Notes: a model not told the origin generated them from the sequence alone. Counted from the first letter of the stretch, positions 47,832 to 57,360 are shown. The stretch is 59,395 bases of DNA from a virus (IMGVR_UViG_3300046693_000004:1-59395), one strand, 5' to 3'. Program-made: numbers and translations.

Positions 47832-50179
47832 TATTCAACTCTATAATGTTGGTTATTCTGTTCCACATACCAAGCTCCATCAGGGGCCTTGCGCGCACCG
47901 GGTACAGGAGGCTCATCCGCCCCTTCCCCCTCACCACCAGCCGCTACAGGCTCAATAGGCGTACCTCCATCACCTATCCCTGCCTCGTCAATATCAGGCA
48001 TTCCTAGAGCTTCAGCAACAGCCTGTTTAATAAGAGGTTGGACTTGTTCAAGACTAAATGCAGGTCCAGCATTACCAACAGCAGCAATACGCCTACTGAT
48101 AGCGTCCCAATCATCTCTAGTCTCACCAACTTTAGCTTTTCTAAAGTTAAGTTCTAGCTCATGCTCCTTACGCTCTAAATCCTTAGCCTTTAATTCAAGT
48201 TCTGCATTTTTATCTTTCAATTGCTGTGCTTGTTCTGTAACAAGTCCTGTCAATTGCTCAATCTTATCTGCTGCCTGATGCATAGCTTGCTCAACTTGCG
48301 GGTCAGGACCATCATTGGCAATATTGGGCGGTAAGAATTTCTTCCAACGCTTTGAAAGAGCTTGCGACTTCGGGAAGTCTGCCATTTCAAAATAAATATC
48401 GCCAGCACGTTCCATAAACTCTTTAGAACTTGCTGCAAGCTGCGACATAGCACTAAACGATTCCATACGCTTAGTAGCATAAGAAGGTCCAGTATCAGCT
48501 TGAATATCATATGTACCGATATTAGGATTAAAAATTAACTCTTTAATCTTCTCATCATTATCAGTTTCATTTGTGGGCATTTCTTTTACAGCATCAGGCG
48601 CATTAGGATCAATAGTCATATTAATGATAGTACCGTCACTAGCTGTAATACGCTGCACCCGCTTTGTATCGTAAATTTTTGGAATAAGATCAATAATCTG
48701 CTTTCCAGTGTTACGAATAGCCATAGCCTGATTATCTAAGAAATGATAAGTAGCGCGATCACCTTGACGTTGCCTTGCATTAATTGCAACACCAGACTTA
48801 GCATTTTCATTTTCACCAGTCTGCGATTGATACTGCCCAGTAGTCATCATCATTTCTTGAATAGAAATCTGCATACGTTGAACATATGCAGGTGATGCTT
48901 GTGGAGCAGCAGGACGAGTAGGGGGAGGAATAGGATCGCCATTCTCATCAATATGATTATATGGTAAATAAGAGTGATTAACAGTATTAGCTGTTTTATA
49001 ATACTCTTCAAATCCTTCAATAGCAGCAGCAGGAGCTAACCACGGCACTTTAGTTTGAAGTGCGCCGTATTCAACATCAGCAGAGGCATTCCAGTTATAC
49101 ATACGCTGTGGGTCAATTAATTGACGTGTGTGCCCCTTACGATCTAACACACCATTAATAACCGTCTCTGTACCAACAAGGCGTACAATTGGAACATATT
49201 TCCCAAGCCACGGACCACGATCAATAATGCGATCACCGGCAATCTTAAACCATTGCACATCGTCAATTAAAAGTTTGCGCTCCTGATATTGATAAGCTTC
49301 TCTGTTTTCTTTATTTGTATGGATTTCTTTATATTCTAATTTCTCTTGCTCGTCTAGATCATCGATCTTCTTTAAAACCTGTCCACCATTAGCATTAATC
49401 CAAGTAACAAGCTTACTTTTCTTTTGAGTTTTGCGATAGTATTCACAAACTCTAACAGTATTTTGCGTCATCCATCCATCAGGACTATTACCACCTAAAA
49501 CACTATTACTCACAATTGACGCATATTCAGGATACTTAGATTTAAACAAATCCTTAGGTTCATCATCAAAAATAAAACCAAACCATGCATCTGAGCCGTC
49601 AACTTCATTAATATTAGGGTCTAAATAGACAGAACGAGGGTCTTTAATACGACGAATATAAATCTCTTGGTCAAATGATTCATCATCAGGATATTCAACT
49701 TGAATACGCCAATAACCTATACCAGCCTCAACTTGGAAGGTTAGTGCACTATCATAGATACTTTCTGCATTGGAAATATATTCAATATGATAGACAATTT
49801 CCTGAAACAATTGAGCAGCGTCATATGAGGCTTCATCACCTACAGGACGAATACGAACACCCGGCTTATTTTGCTTAGCATCATTAATAACCATCAGATT
49901 GTGCTGATTGGTTTTATTGATAGTGAGGCAAGGGCGATTTACACCAGTACGATCATTATATAAAACATCATCCCATTGAAAATGATTGTGCGTATCGGCA
50001 TTGGCAAATTTATAATCATACTCAAAATTAACGCGAGCTTGTGCTTCCCAAGCTACGCAAATACGAAACCTATTCTTAGCTTCAATAACTATATCGTCGT
50101 CTTCTTTAGTTGGTGGTGGTACTGGTTTATTAACCGTCACATCCCAATTTAAAGACCAATTGTTGTCATCTGTGGGCAT
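47831..50179 (-). CDS. portal protein (P22 gp1-like)
   Basis: RPCLTINK, G.GYWR, DPQRMYN, SGVAI.ARQ.QG, GPSYATKR. Confidence 0.93.
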   Translation of the reverse strand: MPTDDNNWSLNWDVTVNKPVPPPTKEDDDIVIEAKNRFRICVAWEAQARVNFEYDYKFANADTHNHFQWDDVLYNDRTGVNRPCLTINKTNQHNLMVINDAKQNKPGVRIRPVGDEASYDAAQLFQEIVYHIEYISNAESIYDSALTFQVEAGIGYWRIQVEYPDDESFDQEIYIRRIKDPRSVYLDPNINEVDGSDAWFGFIFDDEPKDLFKSKYPEYASIVSNSVLGGNSPDGWMTQNTVRVCEYYRKTQKKSKLVTWINANGGQVLKKIDDLDEQEKLEYKEIHTNKENREAYQYQERKLLIDDVQWFKIAGDRIIDRGPWLGKYVPIVRLVGTETVINGVLDRKGHTRQLIDPQRMYNWNASADVEYGALQTKVPWLAPAAAIEGFEEYYKTANTVNHSYLPYNHIDENGDPIPPPTRPAAPQASPAYVQRMQISIQEMMMTTGQYQSQTGENENAKSGVAINARQRQGDRATYHFLDNQAMAIRNTGKQIIDLIPKIYDTKRVQRITASDGTIINMTIDPNAPDAVKEMPTNETDNDEKIKELIFNPNIGTYDIQADTGPSYATKRMESFSAMSQLAASSKEFMERAGDIYFEMADFPKSQALSKRWKKFLPPNIANDGPDPQVEQAMHQAADKIEQLTGLVTEQAQQLKDKNAELELKAKDLERKEHELELNFRKAKVGETRDDWDAISRRIAAVGNAGPAFSLEQVQPLIKQAVAEALGMPDIDEAGIGDGGTPIEPVAAGGEGEGADEPPVPGARKAPDGAWYVEQNNQHYRVE

Positions 50180-50407
50180 TTATAAATCGCCTTGAATATA
50201 CATGTTTGGGTTATTAAAGAGCTTTACAGCCTCGTTAACCCACTCAGGCTTAATCTTTAAAGAACCATACAAAACATCTACACTTCCACTATATGCAGGT
50301 ACATAATCACTTATAACTCGCATTGAAATAGTATTAGCAATAGGCAAAGAAATAGCCGGTAGAGCTACGCTGCTTAATAAACCTTTTAAGAAGCCACGCC
50401 TATTCAT
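50180..50407 (-). CDS. Tat-signal protein carrying a coat-protein C-terminus homologue
   Basis: GGAGG RBS; MNRRGFLKGLL twin-arginine motif; ISMRVISDYVP...VDVLYG..IKPEW. Confidence 0.75.
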   Translation of the reverse strand: MNRRGFLKGLLSSVALPAISLPIANTISMRVISDYVPAYSGSVDVLYGSLKIKPEWVNEAVKLFNNPNMYIQGDL

Positions 50408-50408
50408 A

Positions 50409-51104
50409 CTACCCTCCCATCCAATTCGTTCCAGGCCTAAATGCTGGCCTAATAACTCCAGCACCAACAGTTTTAATAGGCTTTTTCATTTGTGTTTCTG
50501 ACTTTAAGCTAGTCGCAAATGTTTGAAATGCATCCGCACCGTGGCTAAATTCATTGTGTAATGGTTCTCTACTAAATGTACCTGTATCCTCATCAACCTT
50601 ATATTGATAGTTACAGAGACATTGCCAACCATCGGCCGTTGCCTCTTCATCGAAATTACAAAGATCAAAGATAACACGAGCAGCCCGAATACCATGCACC
50701 TTTTTAGCAACACGAGGAACAATTTTCACCTTCCCCGGATAGCTATCGCGCAAGATTTTTGCAGTAGAGCGTCCTGCAAGCGTTTCATTATCACCATCAT
50801 GTGGCAAATAATGATAACCATAGTTATAACCCAATGACTGTAAGTGCTGAATATAAAAAGGTATTTTCTTTAATCGATCCTGATAAAAGGCAATTAGATT
50901 ATACTCAATACCAACCTGTTGTACAAACCAAATTGAAGTATAGTCATCATGACCCAAGTCCCAAAAAGTATGAACAACACGCGAAGAGTCATAACGAACT
51001 TCACCCCTACGCTTATCTTTTAAGACTTTCTTAATCTCTTCAGCGTAAATAGCACCATCTAAAACCTGTTTAGTGTTGCCTTCCCACACATGTAAATAAT
51101 CAAT
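50409..51104 (-). CDS. terminase large subunit, C-terminal nuclease part (separate frame)
   Basis: YLHVWEG, WDLG..D, LPHD, HGADAF. Confidence 0.85.
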   Translation of the reverse strand: MDYLHVWEGNTKQVLDGAIYAEEIKKVLKDKRRGEVRYDSSRVVHTFWDLGHDDYTSIWFVQQVGIEYNLIAFYQDRLKKIPFYIQHLQSLGYNYGYHYLPHDGDNETLAGRSTAKILRDSYPGKVKIVPRVAKKVHGIRAARVIFDLCNFDEEATADGWQCLCNYQYKVDEDTGTFSREPLHNEFSHGADAFQTFATSLKSETQMKKPIKTVGAGVIRPAFRPGTNWMGG

Positions 51105-51862
51105 ATCATTTCACGCCTTAGATCGGGCGGGAAAAATTTATTATCATCATGATTGACTTTAACAACAAATGCATATCGCTTGTTGCGAATATGCTGATAA
51201 CGTTGTTTCTCTAATGCAGTAAGATAATCAATATCAATGCTATTATCTAACTTCTCTTTAACAGAATAATAAAATTTTTGGTCTTCTAGGTCAACTTCAC
51301 CGTTAATAAAATCAGGTGCATATTGTTGACGTTTAATTACATAACGTTTATAAATTTCATCATCTTCTAATTCAGGATTAAATGTAAACCACAACTCAGG
51401 ACCAAGCCCAAATGGTCCGCCCATTCCAGCAGGATCATTTTCATGGCGACCACGAATAGTAGGGCCAAGTTTATCTAATGAAGTCTTAGAAATATTTCTA
51501 GCTTCATCAGTCCAGTTAATATCAATTTTAGCTAGTGATTTAATTGATTCAATGTTATGCCGTAAACCAGCAAATAAAAATTCAGAACCAGTGAGCTTAG
51601 AAACTATTCTAGTAGCTTGAATTTGAAAAGTATCTGCTAGACTAGCAGAGTTAATACAATTAACTAATGTTTGATAGGATGATTGCGCGAGTGAATTTTG
51701 AAATTCACGACTACATAAAATACGCAGCTTCTTATGATTAGCGAAAACAGGTAAGGCTGTAGAAGCACCTTCAGTCTTACCTGCTCCACGACCACCATAG
51801 ATAATTTTTAAGCGTGCTGGTTCAAATAAGAATGCAAGCTTTCTGAGAAATTCGATTGCCAT
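51059..51862 (-). CDS. terminase large subunit, N-terminal ATPase part (PBSX-type)
   Basis: YGGRGAGKT, REFQNS, SIKS, WTDEA, PTIR, FNP, VN..DN..FP. Confidence 0.88.
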   Translation of the reverse strand: MAIEFLRKLAFLFEPARLKIIYGGRGAGKTEGASTALPVFANHKKLRILCSREFQNSLAQSSYQTLVNCINSASLADTFQIQATRIVSKLTGSEFLFAGLRHNIESIKSLAKIDINWTDEARNISKTSLDKLGPTIRGRHENDPAGMGGPFGLGPELWFTFNPELEDDEIYKRYVIKRQQYAPDFINGEVDLEDQKFYYSVKEKLDNSIDIDYLTALEKQRYQHIRNKRYAFVVKVNHDDNKFFPPDLRREMILIIYMCGKATLNRF

Positions 51863-51928
51863 AAAATCATTTCATAATTAGCCAAACAGTGAAAATGTTA
51901 AAAATTGCCCACAATTTAAGGAATGTCA

Positions 51929-54355
51929 TCATGGAGGAATAACCACACCTTGATTAGTCAGCATTTGTATTGTCACTCCAGGACTGCCAGCAGTATTGGC
52001 ACTGTACACCGGACCGCTGTTGGCGGCCTTGCCTACCCACAGAGCAAAACCGGGGGCGGTCAGATCATCCAAGCTCTTCGCGCCAGTTACCGCTGACTGC
52101 GTCACGGTGCGTGTCCCGGCGATCATTTCGTTTATGACAGCCCGAGGAAAGGTCGACACGCTCCCATCCGACTGTTTAATCATGCTCCAGTTGTCCAAGA
52201 CAGACAGAGACCATGAAAGCGCCCCCGCTCCAGCGTAGACCGGGTTTGGGGTCGCTGTTAGAGACGAGAACTTGCCCCATAGCAAAAATGTAGACGCGGG
52301 GGTAGTGCCAGCAGCACCGCCCAAATAAGTAGCCGTGTGGCATGACCACAATGGCAAATTGGCAGTGCACCCCGACAACGAAACAGCGTTCTCGTTCCCG
52401 GAGCTATTGACGAAGGTAGCTTGGGGTGCGGGGTGCGGCCGGATGCTAACCGGAGTTATCCCGGCCGGAAATCCGCTCGTTGCGCTCGTTTGGATGTACG
52501 TATTATTAAAGTCCTGTGTCACATCCGTGACTTGAAACAGCCCGGCAGTCTGGCCTGCTATGGCTATAAACGAATTCGCCCCCGGAACGGCCCAACGCGC
52601 TTGGCTTTCGAGTATCCCATAACTCTGCCAGTTCGGGATTGTGATGATCCCGGTCGCACCAAATGTCCAATTCGAAGTTACAGGATGATCGTACCCCCCT
52701 GACGCTATGTCACTCGCAATCACGCAACTGGTGCAAGATACCGAATCCGACCGACCATAAGCATACGCGCCGGGAGACAACCCTGTGCCGGTACTACCCG
52801 TGTCCTGTATCGTGACGTTGGTGCCAACAAATACCTTTGGTGTTCCAAAAATATGCCCGGTAACGGTCGTGCCGGATATGTTGACCCGGTTGATCGACGA
52901 GCTTTGAAAATCAAGAGTTCGGAAGGTGCCGCCCGTAATGTTGATCGTGCCTATCATCTTGTCGATTTCGACAACGCAATTTGAGGCGGTCACGTTCGTG
53001 TAGTAGAAAGTCTCATTCTGCGATGGGATAGAGCATAGGCCGCCTATGAGAGTCGCGTCGGTGAATTTGATCGTCCTGCCATTAGTCGCGAGCGAATTAT
53101 TTGTGGTGTCAGTGATGGTGACACCCTGATAGTCCTGCACCGTCTCCCATGAGTCTTGCAGAAGGTACAAGGTTGCGGGACCACCGTCGTCAACCTCGAA
53201 CTCATTCCCGGTACTAAACTGCGGCCAAGTCGATTTGTATGTGATCGCCAACGGAGCATCGAAACAAACCTGATGCGTGCCTGAATCCGAACTGACGACC
53301 GTCCTGTATTCAAAGAAATGCTGGTTGCTCGGAAATCCGTAAGGGGTGCCCCATATATACTGGATGTTATATCCAGTCATCTGCACCTTGGCGCCGACCG
53401 GGAACAGCGAGGTTCGATCCCCGCCAACAGTGCCGCCACTCGTGTATGTACCCGCAAATAGCGAATGAAAAAGATCAAGGTGCGTGCCGTCGACCTTGCG
53501 GGACCACCAGAGCCCGTTCGTGCTATTGTCCAAGCCACCTGTAGCGACAACGCCCTGAACGAATACCGCGTCTCCATCCGTGTACCCAGTCGTGGAGTTG
53601 ACTGTGAGCCGTACAACGCCGGTTCCGGTTAATGCTTGGCTGGAAAGTGTTTGCGTTGCATTGACAGTGTATGTGCCTGCACCCCCACTGCCGCTCCCGA
53701 ACGCTGTGATGGTCGTGTACGTAATGGGCGTGTTGACGCCGATGGTGGAACCTGACCCTCGAACGATTTGGCCGATCGCAATCGTGCCCGTAACCGATGA
53801 AGCGGTTAGCGTCGTTCCGGAAATGCCTCCGGTGAACGAGGCGTCCCCAACACTGTTGGAAACATTGGAGACCGTCGCAAGCGGCTGCGTGATCAGCGTG
53901 ACGCAGCTATCGCCCGCCGTTGCCGTTGCCGTTCGGACGCTATGTTTGTTGTCCTGATATTGCCCGCGACCGCCGAGCCGTAGCGGAGTTGAGCTGGTGT
54001 TCGTGAGCGCCCCGCCGGAATATCCAGAATAAATGAAATTCTTGATGCCATCGAAGATAAAGAAATTGCCGGATGTTAGTGTCGTTAGTTTGCAATTAAG
54101 CCCATCCGCCAACAGCTTGACTTGGCTCGATCCCTGATTAGCCAGCGCCCACGTCCTGAACGACACAAACGAAGCTGTGTCGTCGGCCACGCCATTGCAC
54201 GTAGCCAATGGAGACGTACAAGGCCCCGATGCTCCCACCGTAACCCCCGTGACAGGGTTGCATGTGATCTGTGGCGTAACAACAGCCGAACCGTGTGTCC
54301 ATCCTGCAACGACCAATAGTATGAAAATAAGAAAGGGTAGTTTTTTCACACTCAC
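51929..54355 (-). CDS. secreted tailspike-like beta protein (808 aa)
   Basis: Signal-like N-terminus KKLPFLIFILLVVAG; CNGVADDT beta-helix start; module shared with the tailspike; FCCH-like insert; 12 Cys; high GC. Confidence 0.7.
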   Translation of the reverse strand: MSVKKLPFLIFILLVVAGWTHGSAVVTPQITCNPVTGVTVGASGPCTSPLATCNGVADDTASFVSFRTWALANQGSSQVKLLADGLNCKLTTLTSGNFFIFDGIKNFIYSGYSGGALTNTSSTPLRLGGRGQYQDNKHSVRTATATAGDSCVTLITQPLATVSNVSNSVGDASFTGGISGTTLTASSVTGTIAIGQIVRGSGSTIGVNTPITYTTITAFGSGSGGAGTYTVNATQTLSSQALTGTGVVRLTVNSTTGYTDGDAVFVQGVVATGGLDNSTNGLWWSRKVDGTHLDLFHSLFAGTYTSGGTVGGDRTSLFPVGAKVQMTGYNIQYIWGTPYGFPSNQHFFEYRTVVSSDSGTHQVCFDAPLAITYKSTWPQFSTGNEFEVDDGGPATLYLLQDSWETVQDYQGVTITDTTNNSLATNGRTIKFTDATLIGGLCSIPSQNETFYYTNVTASNCVVEIDKMIGTINITGGTFRTLDFQSSSINRVNISGTTVTGHIFGTPKVFVGTNVTIQDTGSTGTGLSPGAYAYGRSDSVSCTSCVIASDIASGGYDHPVTSNWTFGATGIITIPNWQSYGILESQARWAVPGANSFIAIAGQTAGLFQVTDVTQDFNNTYIQTSATSGFPAGITPVSIRPHPAPQATFVNSSGNENAVSLSGCTANLPLWSCHTATYLGGAAGTTPASTFLLWGKFSSLTATPNPVYAGAGALSWSLSVLDNWSMIKQSDGSVSTFPRAVINEMIAGTRTVTQSAVTGAKSLDDLTAPGFALWVGKAANSGPVYSANTAGSPGVTIQMLTNQGVVIPP

Positions 54356-55275
54356 CCGCCAATAATCTTGCCGCCACCGCCACCAATCGCTGGTGGTGTT
54401 ATAGTCGCGGAATTACCTCCGAAATTAAACGAATTGGTAACGGTCGGTTGCGTGCCGGTGAAGATAATGTTGTGCAAACCACTCCACTGGATCGTTGAAC
54501 CAGACGCAGATACTATCGTGGCAACTCCGCTATTCACACTGCCTGGGGCGATTAGAATCTGATTTGTCGACGTTCCGACCCAATTAAAGGCGTTTGTGAC
54601 TGTTTGCGTCCCGCCTTGAGGAAAGAAAACTGAATTAGGGGCACCGATATTGAGCGTAGCGAATGTGTTGTTGCTAAAAACATTGATCGCTCCACCGCTA
54701 CTGTTCGCGCTAAACGTAACGGTATTGTAGGTTTTTCCACCCCCGTCAAATTGAAGAAAGCCAGTTCCGACACCTGTATAAGCGATTGTCGATCCATTAG
54801 CATTCAGTGTTAGCGTACCGCCGCCTGCGCTGGCATCCCATAATGTGCCGTTGTTCGAATTGTCGGAAAGAGTCCACGTTCCATTTCCAAGATTGACCGT
54901 TTTAGTACCAGACCCGCTACATCCCATTGAAGGACTGGCAGTCAACGTAACGTTTTTATTATTTGCGCTCCAGTCCAGGGTGCCACCAAACGTCCCACAT
55001 ACAATCCTCTGAAGGTTAATAAGATCAATCGTAACAGTGACGGTCCCTCCTCCCGAGGCGCTGTCAAATGTTGCGATATCTCCAGTATTCATCGGAATAC
55101 TACTAGTAGCTGCACAGGTTCCGGGAACTCCACCAGTAGAACTAGCCCATGACGAAATATTAATAGCTGTAAAACTACCTGTTCCACCTACCCAAAAACA
55201 GTTAGCAGCCGCGTTTGCTTTAGTAATAAATAAAGATACAAGAAAAAGAAGTGCAACACGCATAATAATTTTCAT
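54352..55275 (-). CDS. secreted beta-helix / fibre-like protein
   Basis: MKIIMRVALLFLVSLFITKANA|A; FWVGGTG...W.SSTGG motif; 4 Cys. Confidence 0.7.
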   Translation of the reverse strand: MKIIMRVALLFLVSLFITKANAAANCFWVGGTGSFTAINISSWASSTGGVPGTCAATSSIPMNTGDIATFDSASGGGTVTVTIDLINLQRIVCGTFGGTLDWSANNKNVTLTASPSMGCSGSGTKTVNLGNGTWTLSDNSNNGTLWDASAGGGTLTLNANGSTIAYTGVGTGFLQFDGGGKTYNTVTFSANSSGGAINVFSNNTFATLNIGAPNSVFFPQGGTQTVTNAFNWVGTSTNQILIAPGSVNSGVATIVSASGSTIQWSGLHNIIFTGTQPTVTNSFNFGGNSATITPPAIGGGGGKIIGG

Positions 55276-56183
55276 TGCTGCACCCATGCAATATGTCCTG
55301 CTAGCGGTGTTGCTGCCGAAGTGATTAAGCATAAATCTACATTAGTTCCTGCTGTAGCAGCTACAGCGAAACCACCATTACCCATAGAAACACCACCATT
55401 TGCTGCAAAATTAGGACCATTAGCAGCAGTAGTACCGCCAACTACACCAGCAGTGCCACTACCACAAGTACCGCCTGTACCTTCCACTATACCCACATTA
55501 TCAGCAGCAGCCGAAGTTAGAAGCATATAACAAACATATGTCTTTTTTGACGCCGCTGGAGCTACAATGCGCGTTGTAGTGACTGTAGTAATACTAATTG
55601 GTGTATAAGTTTTAGCTACAGTCTGACAAGGATCGCCAATTTGACCAACTAAATTGCCACCAACATTTAAACCATTATAGCTTGCATTAGCAGGAACAGC
55701 AGCGGCCGTAGCACCAACCCCAACTTGTGAGGATGTAAGAGCTACTAAATTTGTAGTACCGGGCGTAGTTTGATCTATTCCAACTTTACCAATAATAGCA
55801 GAACCGGCAGTTAATGAACCAATAGCATTAGTTCCTGCTGGAATAGCACCAGCAGTGTTAGAAATAATAGTATCTAATTTAGTTAATTCAGAAGTCTGGT
55901 TAGCTGCTGTAGCGACACCTGTAACTGTAATAGTGCCGCTTACTGGAACAACTGTACCACTTGCAATACCTTGAATAGTAATCACATTAGTATTAGCAGT
56001 ACCAGCAGTACCTAAAATACTAGCTCCTGTAGAGCCTACTAAATTAACACCCTGAGATTGAACACCAGCACCAATATCGATTGTACGCATCGTAACTCCC
56101 GTACCGGGAGTTAAAATGACTGCATTATCTGCTGCTTGTGCTAATGTGGGTAAAAGGAATAATAAAGCTAATAGCTTTTTCAT
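55272..56183 (-). CDS. secreted Gly/Thr-rich protein with C-terminal beta-sandwich-like domain
   Basis: MKKLLALLFLLPTLAQA|A; 4 Cys; C-domain paralogous to 56336-56776. Confidence 0.75.
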   Translation of the reverse strand: MKKLLALLFLLPTLAQAADNAVILTPGTGVTMRTIDIGAGVQSQGVNLVGSTGASILGTAGTANTNVITIQGIASGTVVPVSGTITVTGVATAANQTSELTKLDTIISNTAGAIPAGTNAIGSLTAGSAIIGKVGIDQTTPGTTNLVALTSSQVGVGATAAAVPANASYNGLNVGGNLVGQIGDPCQTVAKTYTPISITTVTTTRIVAPAASKKTYVCYMLLTSAAADNVGIVEGTGGTCGSGTAGVVGGTTAANGPNFAANGGVSMGNGGFAVAATAGTNVDLCLITSAATPLAGHIAWVQQ

Positions 56184-56351
56184 TTAAATTACCGTGATAT
56201 ATTGGCTGTTACAAGCATCTGTAAAATCTAATGAATTAGAACAACTAGGACCAACACCAGTAGCACCTTTACCAGCTTTTAAAAGTGGTAGAAATCCTGC
56301 AAAAGCAGCAGTTGAAAGAATTACAAAAGCAATGATTAAAATTGTGCGTAT
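56184..56351 (-). CDS. small secreted peptide, no ATG start
   Basis: (I)RTILIIAFVILSTAAFA|G...CSNSLDFTDACNSQY; fills the gap between coupled genes; start inferred at ATA. Confidence 0.55.
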   Translation of the reverse strand: MRTILIIAFVILSTAAFAGFLPLLKAGKGATGVGPSCSNSLDFTDACNSQYITVI

Positions 56352-56776
56352 GACACAGCACCGGACATTTGAACAGCAGCCGAAGTAGTAGCGCAAAGAG
56401 CATTACCTTGAGGAACTAAAATAACAATCCCCATACCATCACCCTTAGAAATACCTGCCTGAGCAGTTAGGGGATATGGTCCAGTTAAGCTAGTAGTACC
56501 TGTACCGCAATTAGTACCAGTGCCGTAAACTAATGTAAAATTACCTGTACCTCCTGAAATAACATCCCAAGAGGTAACAAAAATAGTTTTACCATTAACA
56601 AGAGCAACTAATTGAGTAGTTGTAGCTGTAGAAATATTAATCGGAACTGAAGTTGCTGCTTGCACAGCAGGAACACAATTAGTGCCATTAGTAGTATAAC
56701 AACTAGCTGTTCTACTTTGTGCTAAGGCAATTGTGGGCAAGAGTAATGCCCACAATAAGATTAGGAGCTTTTTCAT
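56336..56776 (-). CDS. secreted beta-sandwich-like protein
   Basis: MKKLLILLWALLLPTIALA|Q; 4 Cys. Confidence 0.75.
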   Translation of the reverse strand: MKKLLILLWALLLPTIALAQSRTASCYTTNGTNCVPAVQAATSVPINISTATTTQLVALVNGKTIFVTSWDVISGGTGNFTLVYGTGTNCGTGTTSLTGPYPLTAQAGISKGDGMGIVILVPQGNALCATTSAAVQMSGAVSYAQF

Positions 56777-57315
56777 TGAAGTGGCGCCAAGCAAACGGTA
56801 ACAGTAACGCCAACAGATGATTGAATTGCATCAGCAAAATCAACAGCTAATCGATTACCAGCCGCAAGATTAACAACACCAGCCGTAGTAACTAATGCAC
56901 CTGTTTGAGTAGTGTTGGCTGTAGCATTTAAGTTAAAAGCAGTAGATAACAAATCAGTACCAGCACCGGGAGCGGCAGTACCAGTATCTTTAGTTACCTG
57001 AAGTGTAGAGGTTCCGCCAGCAGCTACAGAATGAATTTCACTGATACTTATTACTCGCATTGCACGAGTAGCAATAAAAAATACTTGATCTACCGCAGTA
57101 GTAGGTGCAGCGGCAGTAGCTCCTGTAAAATAATAAGTGGGGCAAATAAGGCCACCATTAATAGCGTCAACCGTTTTATTAAGCTGATTGCCATTAGGGC
57201 TAATAAAACCATTTGGATATTTAAGAAGCAACTGAGAACTAGCATTAGCCTGTTGAGCATGGCTTAAGCTAGGAAAACAAGCCATCATTAAAGCCGCAAG
57301 CAATAATTTTTTCAT
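56773..57315 (-). CDS. secreted Ala/Thr-rich (decoration-like) protein
   Basis: MKKLLLAALMMACFPSLSHA|Q; 2 Cys in the mature part. Confidence 0.75.
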   Translation of the reverse strand: MKKLLLAALMMACFPSLSHAQQANASSQLLLKYPNGFISPNGNQLNKTVDAINGGLICPTYYFTGATAAAPTTAVDQVFFIATRAMRVISISEIHSVAAGGTSTLQVTKDTGTAAPGAGTDLLSTAFNLNATANTTQTGALVTTAGVVNLAAGNRLAVDFADAIQSSVGVTVTVCLAPLQ

Positions 57316-57333
57316 AATAATTTGTTCCTATAT

Positions 57334-57360
57334 AAAAATAAAAGGGGCTAAAAGCCCCTT
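57334..57360 (-). terminator. Rho-independent terminator after the first secreted-protein gene
   Basis: AAGGGGCT/AGCCCCTT stem followed by a T-rich run on the minus strand. Confidence 0.7.

Noticed and set aside
51096-51236. 13-bp direct repeat ATAATCAATATCA (DIDY twice) as a splice or bypass signal restoring TerL
   Set aside because: Joining the repeats restores the frame but deletes the conserved VN..DN..FP segment; probably coincidental
52176-54562. Many overlapping 60-125 aa ORFs in the high-GC segment
   Set aside because: Expected from the lower stop-codon density at higher GC; all overlap the 808-aa or 307-aa genes
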